DNA of 64,000 nt, taken from contig CAYXGZ010000006.1 of NCBI GenBank assembly GCA_964464755.1, positions 17,445 to 81,444 on the forward strand. Reading direction: 5' to 3'. The notes under the pieces are model-generated. The model did no database searches, was not told the DNA's origin, and worked only from the letters and a program-made list of their open reading frames with translations. Both the position numbers and the translations under genes were made by a program. Shown piece after piece: positions 37,348 through 49,754 of the stretch; the stretch's first letter is position 1; each line of letters starts with the position of its first letter. This DNA comes from an uncultured Planctomycetales bacterium. Lineage in GTDB: Bacteria > Planctomycetota > MHYJ01 > JACPRB01.

Positions 37348-39537
37348 ATGAAGCGCCGCTGGACCACCCCCGTGCTCGCCGCGTACCTCGTCCTCTACTC
37401 CGCCGCGATCGCGCTGGCGTGCCGCGTCGTCATCGACGAGGACCGTTTCCAGCAGCGCCCCGAGCGCGTGCAGGCGATCGTCCACAAGTCCTTCCGCGTC
37501 GCCGCGACGGTGAGGGACCAGGTCGCCGACGTCGTCGTGAAGCCCGTCTTCCACAACCCGAACCCCTACGTCGTCGAGGGGACCTACTTCCTCTCGATCC
37601 CCGCGGGCGCCCAGGTCCGCGACTTCAAGATGAAGGTCGGCGACAAGGTCATGGAGGCCGAGCTCCTCGACTCGACCAAGGCCCGGCAGATCTACGAGTC
37701 GATCGTCCGCCGCCAGCGCGACCCCGCGCTCCTCGAGCTCGTCGGCACCCAGATGCTCAAGTGCTCGATCTTCCCCATCCAGCCGCGCTCCGACATCGAG
37801 GTCACCGTCGGCTACACCACGCTTCTGGCCAACGAGGGCGGGCTGCTCTCGCTCGATGTCCCCTTCTCCAACCAGTTCGGCGGCAACTACCCGGTCCCGG
37901 ACATTTCCGTGGCCGTGGACATCGAGTCGAAGGCGGGCCTGAAGAACCTGTACTCGCCCACGCACGCCGTGGACATCCGCAGGAAGGACGACCACAAGGC
38001 GATCCTCTCCTGGGAGGCCCGCAACTACGACGTCCGCAAGTCCTTCAAGGTCTTCTGGCAGGTGAACGCCGACGAGGTCGGCTGTTCCATGCTCACGTAC
38101 CGCACGGGCGCCGAGGACGGCTACTTCCTCATGCTGGCGCAGCCGAAGGTCCAGGTCGAGGGCGCGAAGGTCCTGCCGAAGGACGTCGTGTTCGTCTTCG
38201 ACCGCTCCGGCTCGATGGCGGGCGAGAAGATGGCCCAGGGCAAGGAGGCGCTCAGCTTCTTCATCAACTCGCTGAACGACGGCGACCGCTTCAACATCGT
38301 GGACTTCTCCAGCGAGGCGTCGGCCCTCTCGGAGGGCCTCGTCGCCGCGACGAAGGAGGAGCGGGCCCGGGCGCTGAAGTACGTCGAGGCGATGAAGGCC
38401 GCGGGCGGGACGAACATCTCCGAGGCGCTCGAGAAGGGCCTCGCCCTGCTCGGCGACGACCCCGCGCGGATCCCGATGGTTCTCTTCGCGACCGACGGCC
38501 TGCCGACGGTCGGCGAGCAGCGGATGGAGAAGATCGTCGAGACGGCGCAGGCCAAGTCGGGCCGCGCGCGCGTCTTCGTCTTCGGCGTCGGGAACGACGT
38601 GAACACGCAGTTCCTCGACCGGCTCGCGGAGCAGTGCCGCGGGGCCCGGGACTACGTCGCGCCCGAGGAGAAGATCGAGGCCAAGGTCGGCGCGCTGTTC
38701 GAGAAGGTCTCCAACCCGGTCCTGGCCGACGTGGCCGTGGAGCTCGGGGGCGTGAAGGTGAAGGACGTCTACCCGAAGCGGATGCCGGACCTCTTCAAGG
38801 GCCAGCAGGTCGTCGTCTTCGGCCGCTACGAGGGCGGCGGGGCCGCTGGCCTCAAGCTCTCCGGCTCGGCGGGCGGCGAGAAGAAGGAGTTCCGCTACGA
38901 CGTGCACCTCGCGGCCGCCGATCCGAAGAACGACTTCATCCCGCGGCTCTGGGCCGCGCGCAAGGTCGCGTTCCTCGTCGACTCGATCCGCATGGGCGGC
39001 GCCGCGAGCAAGGAGGTGATCGACGAGATCATCGCCCTCGGCAAGAAGCACGGCATCGTGACGCCCTACACGTCCTTCCTGATCACGGAGGAGGACGGGG
39101 CGCCCGGCGAGATGGGCCTGCGCGCCGAAGAGAAGCTGCGGCGGCTGGCGGACGACGCCGCGAAGTCGGGCGGCCGGCACGGCGCGCCCGCGGCGCCGGC
39201 GGCCCGCGGGGCCAGCGGCGACCTGAAGGGCGACCGGGACGCCGAGAACGCGGAAGGCGCCGAGCGGGGCCTTTCCGGCGCCACGAAGTCCGAGGGCGGC
39301 GGCCGGCAGGCGAAGATGGTGGGCACGAAGACCTTCATCCTGCGCGAGGGCGTCTGGACGGATCTCACCTACGACCCCGCGATGAAGGACAAGATCGTGA
39401 AGGTCGAGTTCATGTCCGAGGAGTACCTGAAGCTGGCGGCCGCCGACGCCGACCTGGCCAAGTGGCTGGGCGCGGGCGAGCGGGTGCTGGTTGTCCTGGC
39501 GGACAAGGTGCTCGAGGTCGTCGTGACGGCGAAGTGA
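37348..39537 (+). CDS. VIT domain + von Willebrand factor A domain protein
   Basis: N-terminal TM/signal segment. VIT-like region (VEGTYFLSIPAGAQVRDFKMKVGDKVMEAELL). vWA MIDAS motif DRSGSM...GGTNISEAL...TDGLPT. Confidence 0.9.
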   Translation: MKRRWTTPVLAAYLVLYSAAIALACRVVIDEDRFQQRPERVQAIVHKSFRVAATVRDQVADVVVKPVFHNPNPYVVEGTYFLSIPAGAQVRDFKMKVGDKVMEAELLDSTKARQIYESIVRRQRDPALLELVGTQMLKCSIFPIQPRSDIEVTVGYTTLLANEGGLLSLDVPFSNQFGGNYPVPDISVAVDIESKAGLKNLYSPTHAVDIRRKDDHKAILSWEARNYDVRKSFKVFWQVNADEVGCSMLTYRTGAEDGYFLMLAQPKVQVEGAKVLPKDVVFVFDRSGSMAGEKMAQGKEALSFFINSLNDGDRFNIVDFSSEASALSEGLVAATKEERARALKYVEAMKAAGGTNISEALEKGLALLGDDPARIPMVLFATDGLPTVGEQRMEKIVETAQAKSGRARVFVFGVGNDVNTQFLDRLAEQCRGARDYVAPEEKIEAKVGALFEKVSNPVLADVAVELGGVKVKDVYPKRMPDLFKGQQVVVFGRYEGGGAAGLKLSGSAGGEKKEFRYDVHLAAADPKNDFIPRLWAARKVAFLVDSIRMGGAASKEVIDEIIALGKKHGIVTPYTSFLITEEDGAPGEMGLRAEEKLRRLADDAAKSGGRHGAPAAPAARGASGDLKGDRDAENAEGAERGLSGATKSEGGGRQAKMVGTKTFILREGVWTDLTYDPAMKDKIVKVEFMSEEYLKLAAADADLAKWLGAGERVLVVLADKVLEVVVTAK

Positions 39538-39555
39538 CCCGACCGCGATTCCGGG

Positions 39556-39590
39556 GGGCCCGTCCCGAAGGGGATGGGCCCCTTCCTTTT
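39556..39590 (+). terminator. rho-independent terminator after the VIT-vWA gene
   Basis: Stem GGGCCCGTCCC/GGGATGGGCCC (one G-U pair) with loop GAAG, followed by CTTCCTTTT. Confidence 0.6.
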
Positions 39591-39607
39591 CCCCGCGGGG
39601 GTTCTTC

Positions 39608-39635
39608 TTGTGCCCCCCGGCCCGACCGCTATAAT
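39608..39635 (+). promoter_or_regulatory. sigma70-type promoter TTGTGC-16 nt-TATAAT upstream of yajC-secDF
   Basis: TATAAT at 39630-39635 and -35-like TTGTGC at 39608-39613. It lies between the upstream terminator and the yajC start. Confidence 0.4.
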
Positions 39636-39672
39636 ACCGAACCGAATTTCCCCGTTTCCGGACGGAGTTTCC

Positions 39673-40065
39673 GTGATCGATCACCGACTGTTCCTGCTGC
39701 TCCAGGACGCGGCCAAGCCGGCCGCCGACGCGGGCGCCCCCGCGGCCCCGCAGGCCGCCCCGCCGATCTGGATGCAGATCGTCCCCTTCGTGCTCCTCTT
39801 CGCCATCTTCTGGTTCCTGATGATCCGCCCCCAGCGGAAGCAGGAGAAGGAGCGCCAGGCGATGCTCTCCGCCATCAAGGAGAACGACCACGTCCTGACC
39901 CAGGGCGGCATCTACGGCGTCGTCGCCTCCGTGAAGGACAACGAGGTCGTGCTCAAGGTCGACGAGAAGACCGGGACGCGGATCCGCGTCACCCGGCAGG
40001 CCGTCGTCTCCGTCGAGAAGGTCTCGGCGGGCGAGGGCGCGCGGGCGGAGGCCCTTCCCAAGTAG
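39673..40065 (+). CDS. yajC: preprotein translocase subunit YajC
   Basis: Single TM followed by FWFLMIRPQRKQEKERQAMLSAIKENDHVLTQGGIYGVV, the YajC signature. GTG at 39673 with a GGAG SD. The track start at 39574 lies inside the upstream terminator hairpin. Confidence 0.8.
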   Translation: MIDHRLFLLLQDAAKPAADAGAPAAPQAAPPIWMQIVPFVLLFAIFWFLMIRPQRKQEKERQAMLSAIKENDHVLTQGGIYGVVASVKDNEVVLKVDEKTGTRIRVTRQAVVSVEKVSAGEGARAEALPK

Positions 40066-40099
40066 CCCCGGACATCCCCGACATTTCAAAGACGGAGCC

Positions 40100-42868
40100 A
40101 TGCAGGACAACAAGCCCCAGCTGATCGCGGTCATCGTCCTCTGCCTGGTCGCGGGCTTCATCGTCGCGCCCGCCGACAAGGTCCCGAAGTGGCCGGACTT
40201 CCTGAAGACCGCGAAGATCGAGCCCGGCATCGACATCGCGGGCGGCGCCGAGCTGACCTACCGCGTCCTCTTCCCCGCCTCGTTCAAGGGCGACAAGAAG
40301 GCGGAGTGCCAGAAGGTCACCGACGTCCTGGAGAACCGCTTCCGCGCCAAGCAAGGCGTGCTCCAGGAGCCGCGCTTCACCGTCCGCGGCGAGGACCAGG
40401 TCACCCTCCAGATGCCCGGCATCGACCGGGACCGGCTCGAGGACTACAAGCGCCTCGTGACGACCATCGGCCGCCTCGAGCTCAAGGAGGTCGCCAGCAA
40501 GGAGATCCACGAGCAGTACAACGCCAGCGGGCAGGTGCCCGCGGGCTTCGAGGCCTACCGCACCGAGCGGCAGGAGCCCGAGCGCTACCCCTGGATCAAG
40601 GACTACACGATCGTCCACCAGGAGTCCGTGATCACCGGCGAGGACATCGCCCACGCCCAGCCCGAGGTCAACCCCGAGTCCGTGATGTCGGGCGCGCCCT
40701 CCTACGTGATCCACTTCGAGCTGAAGCCCGACGGCGCCCGCAAGTTCGACCTGGCCGCCGACCGCCTCTACAAGCAGGAGCCCAAGGGCAAGATCGCCAT
40801 CATCATCGACCACACGCTGAAGGCGGCCCCCGCGGTCCAGACCGACCGCTTCAACGGCAAGGGCCAGATCACCGGGAACTACGACCACGACGGCGCGTCG
40901 GAGCTCGCGTTCATCCTCAAGAGCGGATCGCTGCCCTTCGGCATCGGCCGCCTGGCGCCCGGCGGGAAGCAGATCGACAAGGAGCCCGAGGAGGAGAACT
41001 TCGTCGGCCCCTCGCTCGGCCAGGACTCCATCCAGCGCGGCATCTGGGCCTCGCTGATCTCGGCCCTCGGCGTCGCGATCTTCATGATCGCGTTCTACCG
41101 CCTCGCGGGCCTCATCTCGATCATCGGCCTCGCCATCAACCTCCTGTTCCTGCTCGCGGCGATGTCCATCTTCGGCGCCACCCTGACCCTGCCCGGCCTC
41201 GCGGGCCTCGCGCTGACCATCGGCATGGCCGTGGACGCGAACATCCTGATCTACGAGCGCATCCGCGAGGAGGTCGCCCGCGGCCGCTCGGCGGTCCAGG
41301 CCTTCGAGGCCGGCTACGAGCGGGCCTTCACGACGATCGTCGACTCCAACATCACGACGCTGATCATCGGCCTCGTGCTGTACTGGTTCGGCACCGGCCC
41401 CGTGAAGGGCTTCGCCGTGACCATGAGCCTCGGCATCCTCACGACGCTCGTCAGCGTCCTGTGGTGCTCGCGGGTCTTCCTCCGCCTCCTGGTCGACGGC
41501 GGCACGATCCGCGACTGGAAGATGGGGTCCTTCCGGCTGCCGACGCTCGACTTCGTCAAGCCGATGCGGATCTGCCTCGGCGTCTCCACCCTGATGGTCG
41601 TGCTCTGCCTGTTCGTGTTCTTCTCGCGCGGCGACAAGCAGTACGGCACGGACTTCAAGGGCGGCACGCGGATGCACTTCGCGTTCGCGGACGAGCAGAC
41701 CATCGACGACGTGCGCAAGGCGATCTCCGGGATCTCCACCGTGGTCGACGGCAAGAACGTCGCCAAGTACTCGGACGCCGAGATCCAGATCATCGCCGAG
41801 GCGGGCCAGGGCCTGGCCGCCGTGTCCAAGATCGGCAACAAGACCGCCCGCGAGTTCCAGATGCGGACGGCCTCCTTCGACGAGTCCGGCCTGCGCCGCG
41901 ACCTCCAGGAGGTCTTCAAGGGCAAGCTGAGCCACGAGCCCTTCGAGGAGCTCCGCGACCTGCCCGCCAACGACCGCGCCTTCGGCGGCCGGGGCCAGGG
42001 CCCCACCGGGCTCCTCGTCCACTTCCGCGCGGAGAAGTTCGACCTCGCCGCGCTCGACAAGGCCCTCGGCGAGCGCCTCAAGGGCGTGCTCGAAAAGGAC
42101 GAGGCCGACGGGCGCCCCTGCTACAAGCTCGAGGAGCGGCCGGCCCCCGCGGGCGCCAAGGAAGTCCTCCTGACGATCTCCCGGCCCGACGCCGACGCGC
42201 CGGACGGCCGCCTCATGCAGGTCCGGGAGGTGATCCGCAAGCTGGGCAAGGACGGGGCCGTCACGATCTCCAAGGACCCCTTCGTCTCCGTCGAGAAGAT
42301 CGGGCCCGCCGTCGCCGGCGAGCTGCGCGATGCGACCTTCTGGGCCATGATCTGGTCCTGGGCCCTGATGATCCTGTACGTCGCGGTCCGCTTCAACCGC
42401 GTCGCCTACGGCGTGGCGGCGGTCCTTGCGCTGGTCCACGACGCCATCATCGCCCTCGGCTTCACGTCCATCGTGGGCTGGCTGGTCCCGGAGACCTGGG
42501 GCGTCAGCTTCGAGATGAACCTGAACACGCTCGCGGCGATCCTCACGGTCATCGGCTACTCGGTCAACGACACGATCGTCATCTTCGACCGGATCCGCGA
42601 GAACCTCGGGACGATGAAGAAGGAGTCCTTCGGCGAGATCATCAACGCGAGCATCAACGGGACGATGTCCCGCACGATCCTCACCTCGTTCACGGTCTGG
42701 CTCACCTGCGTGATCCTGTACGTGTTCACGATGACCTCGGGCGGCGGCATCGCCTCCTTCGCGTTCCCGATGCTCATGGGCGTCTTCGCGGGCACCTACT
42801 CGACCGTCTACATCGCGGCCCCGATCCTGATGCTGTGGTTCAAGGGCAACCGCCCGCAGTCGGCCTGA
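40100..42868 (+). CDS. secDF: protein translocase subunit SecDF (fused)
   Basis: 922 aa. Two six-TM blocks with periplasmic domains. SecD/SecF motifs (GPSLGQDSI, LAGLALTIGMAVDANILIYERIREE, VIGYSVNDTIVIFDRIREN). Confidence 0.95.
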   Translation: MQDNKPQLIAVIVLCLVAGFIVAPADKVPKWPDFLKTAKIEPGIDIAGGAELTYRVLFPASFKGDKKAECQKVTDVLENRFRAKQGVLQEPRFTVRGEDQVTLQMPGIDRDRLEDYKRLVTTIGRLELKEVASKEIHEQYNASGQVPAGFEAYRTERQEPERYPWIKDYTIVHQESVITGEDIAHAQPEVNPESVMSGAPSYVIHFELKPDGARKFDLAADRLYKQEPKGKIAIIIDHTLKAAPAVQTDRFNGKGQITGNYDHDGASELAFILKSGSLPFGIGRLAPGGKQIDKEPEEENFVGPSLGQDSIQRGIWASLISALGVAIFMIAFYRLAGLISIIGLAINLLFLLAAMSIFGATLTLPGLAGLALTIGMAVDANILIYERIREEVARGRSAVQAFEAGYERAFTTIVDSNITTLIIGLVLYWFGTGPVKGFAVTMSLGILTTLVSVLWCSRVFLRLLVDGGTIRDWKMGSFRLPTLDFVKPMRICLGVSTLMVVLCLFVFFSRGDKQYGTDFKGGTRMHFAFADEQTIDDVRKAISGISTVVDGKNVAKYSDAEIQIIAEAGQGLAAVSKIGNKTAREFQMRTASFDESGLRRDLQEVFKGKLSHEPFEELRDLPANDRAFGGRGQGPTGLLVHFRAEKFDLAALDKALGERLKGVLEKDEADGRPCYKLEERPAPAGAKEVLLTISRPDADAPDGRLMQVREVIRKLGKDGAVTISKDPFVSVEKIGPAVAGELRDATFWAMIWSWALMILYVAVRFNRVAYGVAAVLALVHDAIIALGFTSIVGWLVPETWGVSFEMNLNTLAAILTVIGYSVNDTIVIFDRIRENLGTMKKESFGEIINASINGTMSRTILTSFTVWLTCVILYVFTMTSGGGIASFAFPMLMGVFAGTYSTVYIAAPILMLWFKGNRPQSA

Positions 42869-42888
42869 TCTTTCCGAGCGACTTTCCC

Positions 42889-42927
42889 GCGGCGGGGACG
42901 CATTTCGTCCCCGCCGCTTTTTTTTTT
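42889..42927 (+). terminator. strong rho-independent terminator after secDF
   Basis: Perfect 12-bp stem GCGGCGGGGACG/CGTCCCCGCCGC with loop CATTT, followed by a run of 10 T. Confidence 0.85.
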
Positions 42928-42989
42928 CGAAAGCCGGGTCCCCCGGTTGCCGATGTAACCCTTGGTCCCGGGTAATCAGGAGAGAGGGT

Positions 42990-43994
42990 ATGAGCTTCAA
43001 TCCGTCGTCCCCCGTCCCGTCCCCGCGCGGGTTCGCCCGCCGCGCCCTGGAGGTCCTCATGAGCGGCAAGGTCAAGGTCGCCGTCGCCATCGCCATCCTC
43101 GTCGCCCTCGGCTCCGTCGTGGGCTACGACCTGATGCGCGCCAAGCGGACGTCCGACACCGCCTCGACGCCGGACGCGTCCGGCCTCGTGGCCATCCCCG
43201 AGAACGCCCCCGAGTGCTCCACGCCCGACCTCGAGCGCGCCCTGCGCGACCTCGAGCGCGGAGGCTCGATCACGTCCGGCAGCGTCCCGGCCCCCACCGC
43301 GGCCCCGACGACCGCCCCGGCGCCCGCCCCCACCCTCCCCGGCCCCGAGTTCGCCGCCCCCGCCGAGGAGTACACCGTGCAGTCCGGCGAGCGCCTCTGC
43401 GACATCGCCGAGAAGAAGTACGGCGACGCCAACCTCTGGACGCTCATCGCCAACGCGAACCCCAAGGTCAACCCGAGCCGCATGCGCGTCGGCCAGAAGC
43501 TCGTCATCCCGACCCGCGGCGCCGGCGTCGAGACCGTCTCGGCCGAGCCCGCCGTCGAGAACGGCGTGAAGACCTACCAGGTCCGCCCCGGCGACGACCT
43601 CGGCAAGATCGCCAAGCGCCTCTACGGCTCGAACAGCGCCGAGATCCGCCGCCGCATCCACGAGGCCAATCCGGACGCCTTCGACAGCACCGGCGACCAC
43701 CTCGAGGTCGGCGTCAAGCTCGTCCTCCCCGAGATCGCCTCGCGCCCCGCGCCCCGCGTCGCCGCCGGCGAGCCCGGGTCCGACCACACGACGCGCAGCG
43801 TCGACCCCGCCACGGCGGGCGGCCGCACGCACACCGTGGTCTCCGGCGACAGCCTCTGGAGCCTCGCCAAGAAGTATAAGGGCTCGCGCTCCCTGAACGC
43901 CTTCCTCGGCGAGATCGTCTCCGCCAACCCGGACAAGCTGAAGTCCTCGTCCACCGCGCTCCGCGCGGGCTGGGTCCTGGCGATCCCCGAGTAG
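42990..43994 (+). CDS. membrane-anchored protein with three LysM domains
   Basis: AGGAGAGAGGG SD. One TM segment (VAVAIAILVALGSVVGY). LysM repeats begin at YTVQSGERLCDIA, YQVRPGDDLGKIA and HTVVSGDSLWSLA. Confidence 0.85.
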   Translation: MSFNPSSPVPSPRGFARRALEVLMSGKVKVAVAIAILVALGSVVGYDLMRAKRTSDTASTPDASGLVAIPENAPECSTPDLERALRDLERGGSITSGSVPAPTAAPTTAPAPAPTLPGPEFAAPAEEYTVQSGERLCDIAEKKYGDANLWTLIANANPKVNPSRMRVGQKLVIPTRGAGVETVSAEPAVENGVKTYQVRPGDDLGKIAKRLYGSNSAEIRRRIHEANPDAFDSTGDHLEVGVKLVLPEIASRPAPRVAAGEPGSDHTTRSVDPATAGGRTHTVVSGDSLWSLAKKYKGSRSLNAFLGEIVSANPDKLKSSSTALRAGWVLAIPE

Positions 43995-44088
43995 TCCGAC
44001 CCGCGATTCCGACGGCCTCCCGGCGACCCCGGGAGGCCGTCTCCGTTTCCGGCTTGCGCGGGGCCCGCCACCCCCCGACACTATCCCG

Positions 44089-44613
44089 ATGCCCCTCCGG
44101 TTCTCCTGCCCCGCCTGCGCCTACGGGGCCGACGTCCCGGACGAGTACTCCGGCGCCCCGCTGAGGTGCCCCCAGTGCGGCGCGGCCGGCGGAGCCCCCG
44201 CGGCGGCGACCCGCCCCTGCCCCTTCTGCGCCGAGGACATCCGCCCCGCGGCCCGCGTCTGCCGCCACTGCGGCGAGGTGCTCGACCGCAACCTCGCCAT
44301 CGCCAAGCAGAAGGAGCGCGTGCGCGAGGTCGAGCGGCGGCGCTCGCTCGTCCTGGCCGAGGTGCCGGGATCCCGCGCCGCGTTCGTCTGCGCCGTCCTC
44401 TCGATCGTCTCCGCCCCCGGCATCCTGCTCGGCGTCCTGCTCGGATCCACGGCGATTCTCCTCGGGGCCGCCGCGGTCCGCGACGCGAAGCGCTACCCGG
44501 ACCTCGAGGGCCTGCAGCGCGCCAAGCTCGCCGTCACGCTCGGCGCCGTCGGCATCGTCGCGAGCCTGCTCGTGCTCGCCCTCCTCGGGCCCCGCCTCTT
44601 CAAGGGGGCCTAG
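44089..44613 (+). CDS. double zinc-ribbon protein with C-terminal two-TM (DUF4190-like) region
   Basis: CPAC...CPQC and CPFC...CRHC Cys pairs. C-terminal hydrophobic helices. Confidence 0.7.
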   Translation: MPLRFSCPACAYGADVPDEYSGAPLRCPQCGAAGGAPAAATRPCPFCAEDIRPAARVCRHCGEVLDRNLAIAKQKERVREVERRRSLVLAEVPGSRAAFVCAVLSIVSAPGILLGVLLGSTAILLGAAAVRDAKRYPDLEGLQRAKLAVTLGAVGIVASLLVLALLGPRLFKGA

Positions 44614-46013
44614 TGTTCTTCGTCCCCGTCGACCGTCGCGTGAACGACCGGATCCCCTGGGGGATCTACCTCCTGCTCGCCCTGAACGTCCTCTCGTTCA
44701 TGGTCGTGTACTGGGGCTTCGACGAGTCGGAGGGCGGACGCGTCTCGCGGATCTTCGACCTGCACGGCGCGAAGGCGTCGGACCTCTCCGCCGCGCGCTG
44801 CATCACGCACATGTACCTCCACGCGGGGCCGTTGCACCTCGTGGGCAACCTGCTCTTCCTCGTCCTATTCGGGATGAACGTCGAGCGGAGGATCGGCGCG
44901 CCGCTGACCTTCGTCCTGTACCACCTGTCCGGGCTGGGCGCGGTGCTGCTCTTCGCGGCCTTCAACCCGGGCAGCGACGTGCCGCTCGTGGGGGCCTCGG
45001 GCGCGATCTCGGGGCTCGTCGGGATGTACCTCGTGCTGTTCCGGAACCGGACGGTCGAGGTGCTCTGGTACGCGGTGGTCGTCGGCGGCATCGTGCGGCT
45101 TCCGGTGGTGGTCATCACGGGCTTCTGGGCGGGCCTGGAGGTCCTCCAGGCGCTCCTGCTGAACCACTTCGCGACGGTGGCCCACTGGGCGCACGTGGGG
45201 GGCTTCGTGGCGGGCGCCGGGCTGCTCGCCGTGCTCGTGAAGGCGGGATTCCGGGGCCATCCGGAGACCGTGCCCCCGCCCGGCGAGGAGCCCCGCCCCG
45301 AGGACCGCTTCGAGGAGCTGAACTACATCCCCGTCGCCACCTCGAGGCTGGGCGTCGACTCCGCCCGGCCCGACACGGCCATCCGCCGGCGCTCCGGCGA
45401 GACGAGCTTCCTCGTCGCCAAGTCCTGGGGCCCCGTGACCCGCTCCCAGCGCGCCGTCCTCGACGAAGTGCTCCCGGGCTCAGGCCCCTTCGCGGTCCCC
45501 GCCTGCCTGGCCCGGGGCCTCGCGCCCGCCCAGGCCGAGGACCTGGCCGCGCGACTCGATCGGGCGGGACTGCCCGTGCTCGTCTACCCCGAGCAGTACC
45601 TGCTCGCGCCCGCGCCCCTCGTGATCTCGGAGTCCGCGGAGTCGACCCCGAACGGGCTGCGCGCCCGGGACGTCACCGGGCGGGTGCTCGAGATCCCTCC
45701 GGCGTCGGCCTACCTTCTCGCGGCGGGGACGTTCCGCCGCGACGGGGCCCCGGTTCGGGTCGTCGATCTCTACGCGACGGACCCCTGGGTCGCGCTGCGC
45801 TGGAGCGAGGCGGTGACCGGCGCGCCGGTGATCCCCATCGCGGGCGAGCTGCGGAAGGCCCTCCCGGCCGCGCCCTCCGCGTCGGCCTTCGACGCGCTGG
45901 TCGAGGGACGGCCCCCCGGCCACGAGGCGGAGTCGCTCGCGGAGCTGGACGGGTACCACCGCTGGATGCTGCAGGTGTTCGCCGGCGGGAAGTTCCGGAC
46001 GGGGACGGCCTAG
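44613..46013 (+). CDS. rhomboid family intramembrane serine protease with about 230-aa C-terminal extension
   Basis: GTG at 44613 overlaps the previous TAG by 1 nt. Rhomboid motifs HMYLHAGPLHLVGNLLFL, GASGAISG (catalytic Ser) and HWAHVGGFVAG (catalytic His). Confidence 0.85.
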   Translation: MFFVPVDRRVNDRIPWGIYLLLALNVLSFMVVYWGFDESEGGRVSRIFDLHGAKASDLSAARCITHMYLHAGPLHLVGNLLFLVLFGMNVERRIGAPLTFVLYHLSGLGAVLLFAAFNPGSDVPLVGASGAISGLVGMYLVLFRNRTVEVLWYAVVVGGIVRLPVVVITGFWAGLEVLQALLLNHFATVAHWAHVGGFVAGAGLLAVLVKAGFRGHPETVPPPGEEPRPEDRFEELNYIPVATSRLGVDSARPDTAIRRRSGETSFLVAKSWGPVTRSQRAVLDEVLPGSGPFAVPACLARGLAPAQAEDLAARLDRAGLPVLVYPEQYLLAPAPLVISESAESTPNGLRARDVTGRVLEIPPASAYLLAAGTFRRDGAPVRVVDLYATDPWVALRWSEAVTGAPVIPIAGELRKALPAAPSASAFDALVEGRPPGHEAESLAELDGYHRWMLQVFAGGKFRTGTA

Positions 46014-46231
46014 GACGCGGCGGGCCCGGAGGCCTTGGCAGCCTTCGCCTTCGCGGCGGCCTTCTTGTCGGCGGCCTCCGCCTTGCGGATCTTGAGGTTC
46101 ATCGCCTCGATCGCGCAGCAGAGATCGTAGATCCGCTCGTTCATCGCGTCCGCCTCGTCCTGGAGCTTGAGGTAGCGCTCGATGAGGAGGGTCTTCTCCG
46201 CTTCCAGGGCCTTCACGGCCTCGCCGCTCAT
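46010..46231 (-). CDS. small coiled-coil protein with Lys/Ala-rich tail
   Basis: 73 aa with GC3-rich codons and a heptad-like sequence. No domain recognised. Confidence 0.5.
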   Translation of the reverse strand: MSGEAVKALEAEKTLLIERYLKLQDEADAMNERIYDLCCAIEAMNLKIRKAEAADKKAAAKAKAAKASGPAAS

Positions 46232-46258
46232 GCCGGCATTCTACCAGACCGCCGACGT

Positions 46259-47260
46259 TCAAGGGAGCAGGTCGCGGGTGAAGGCGTCGAAGGGCTCGGC
46301 GACCGGCCGGTGGAAGCGGACGCGCATGCGGACGATGTCGGGCGCGCGGTTGGGCACCGGAAGGCTCACGCCCCAGGTCTGCACGGTCGGCAGCGGGGCC
46401 CAGGGTCCCGGTATCGCCCGGCCGGGGCATCCGCACCAGTCCGGCGGCTCGGGGTTCGCCCGGCGGAACGCGCGGCCGAAGCGGCCGGACGAGCTCTTGC
46501 CGTACACGATGATCTCGGCGTCCGGGGACAGCTCCACGAAGAGGTCGGTCGAGGCGAAGATCCGCTCCGCGAGCGCGCCCGGGACCGGGGCGGGCAGCTT
46601 GACCTGGACGACGCCGGCCTCGAGCCGGAACTCGACGCCCGCGTGCCGCCGCGACTCCCCCTCGCCGGGCCGCTCCCAGGTGAACTCGTGGTCGCAGAGC
46701 CACCAGGCCGTCCCGTGGATCCGCAACGACGCGCCCGCGACCTCGGGACGCCGCAGCAGCTGGAGGCCGGGGCCGTGCCGGAGGCAGCGTTCCGACTCGG
46801 ACGCATCGACGCCGCCGTGGAGCTCGGCGTCCCAGTCGACCAGCGCGGCGGGGCCCGAGACCTGGGTCTCGAAGATCCAGCCCTCCGGATCCCCCTCGGC
46901 GGGCCAGGGACGGCGGGAGACGCGGAACGCGGCCCCGGGGACGCGGAGCGAGGCCTCGGCGGCCGGGAGGTCGAGGCCGAGCTTCTCGCGGCGCTGGACG
47001 GCCTCCTGCTTCTGCACTTCCTCGACCGCCCGAACGGCCTCGAGGAGCTTCCCCGAACGGACCCGGACCTCGGGATCGTCCGACGCCACGCCCGCGCAGA
47101 GCGCGGCCTTGGCGCGGGGGCCCAACTCCCGCAGGGCGGCTTCCGCCTCGTCCCGCTCGGCGGGCGAATCGGCTCCGAGGCGGCGGACGAGGTCGGCGGC
47201 GGGATCGTCCTGGATCCCGAGCCCGGAAGCGATCGCCAGGAGCAGCAGCAGGCGGATCAT
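46259..47260 (-). CDS. secreted hypothetical protein with N-terminal HEAT-like repeats
   Basis: ATG at 47260; the track start is a TTG at 47290. Signal peptide MIRLLLLLAIASG. The segment SPAERDEAEAALRELGPRAKAAL...SDDPEVRVRSGKLLE is HEAT/PBS-lyase-like. Confidence 0.65.
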   Translation of the reverse strand: MIRLLLLLAIASGLGIQDDPAADLVRRLGADSPAERDEAEAALRELGPRAKAALCAGVASDDPEVRVRSGKLLEAVRAVEEVQKQEAVQRREKLGLDLPAAEASLRVPGAAFRVSRRPWPAEGDPEGWIFETQVSGPAALVDWDAELHGGVDASESERCLRHGPGLQLLRRPEVAGASLRIHGTAWWLCDHEFTWERPGEGESRRHAGVEFRLEAGVVQVKLPAPVPGALAERIFASTDLFVELSPDAEIIVYGKSSSGRFGRAFRRANPEPPDWCGCPGRAIPGPWAPLPTVQTWGVSLPVPNRAPDIVRMRVRFHRPVAEPFDAFTRDLLP

Positions 47261-47309
47261 GCGGGGTTCCCCGTCCAGATAGACGGACAACGGGCGGGGA
47301 GGTTCGGAA

Positions 47310-49754
<2,445 letters not shown>

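Noticed and set aside
39574-39672. The upstream ATG start given by the ORF track for yajC.
   Set aside because: That ATG lies inside the terminator hairpin of the VIT-vWA gene and upstream of the TATAAT box. The GTG at 39673 with a GGAG SD gives a YajC of normal size.
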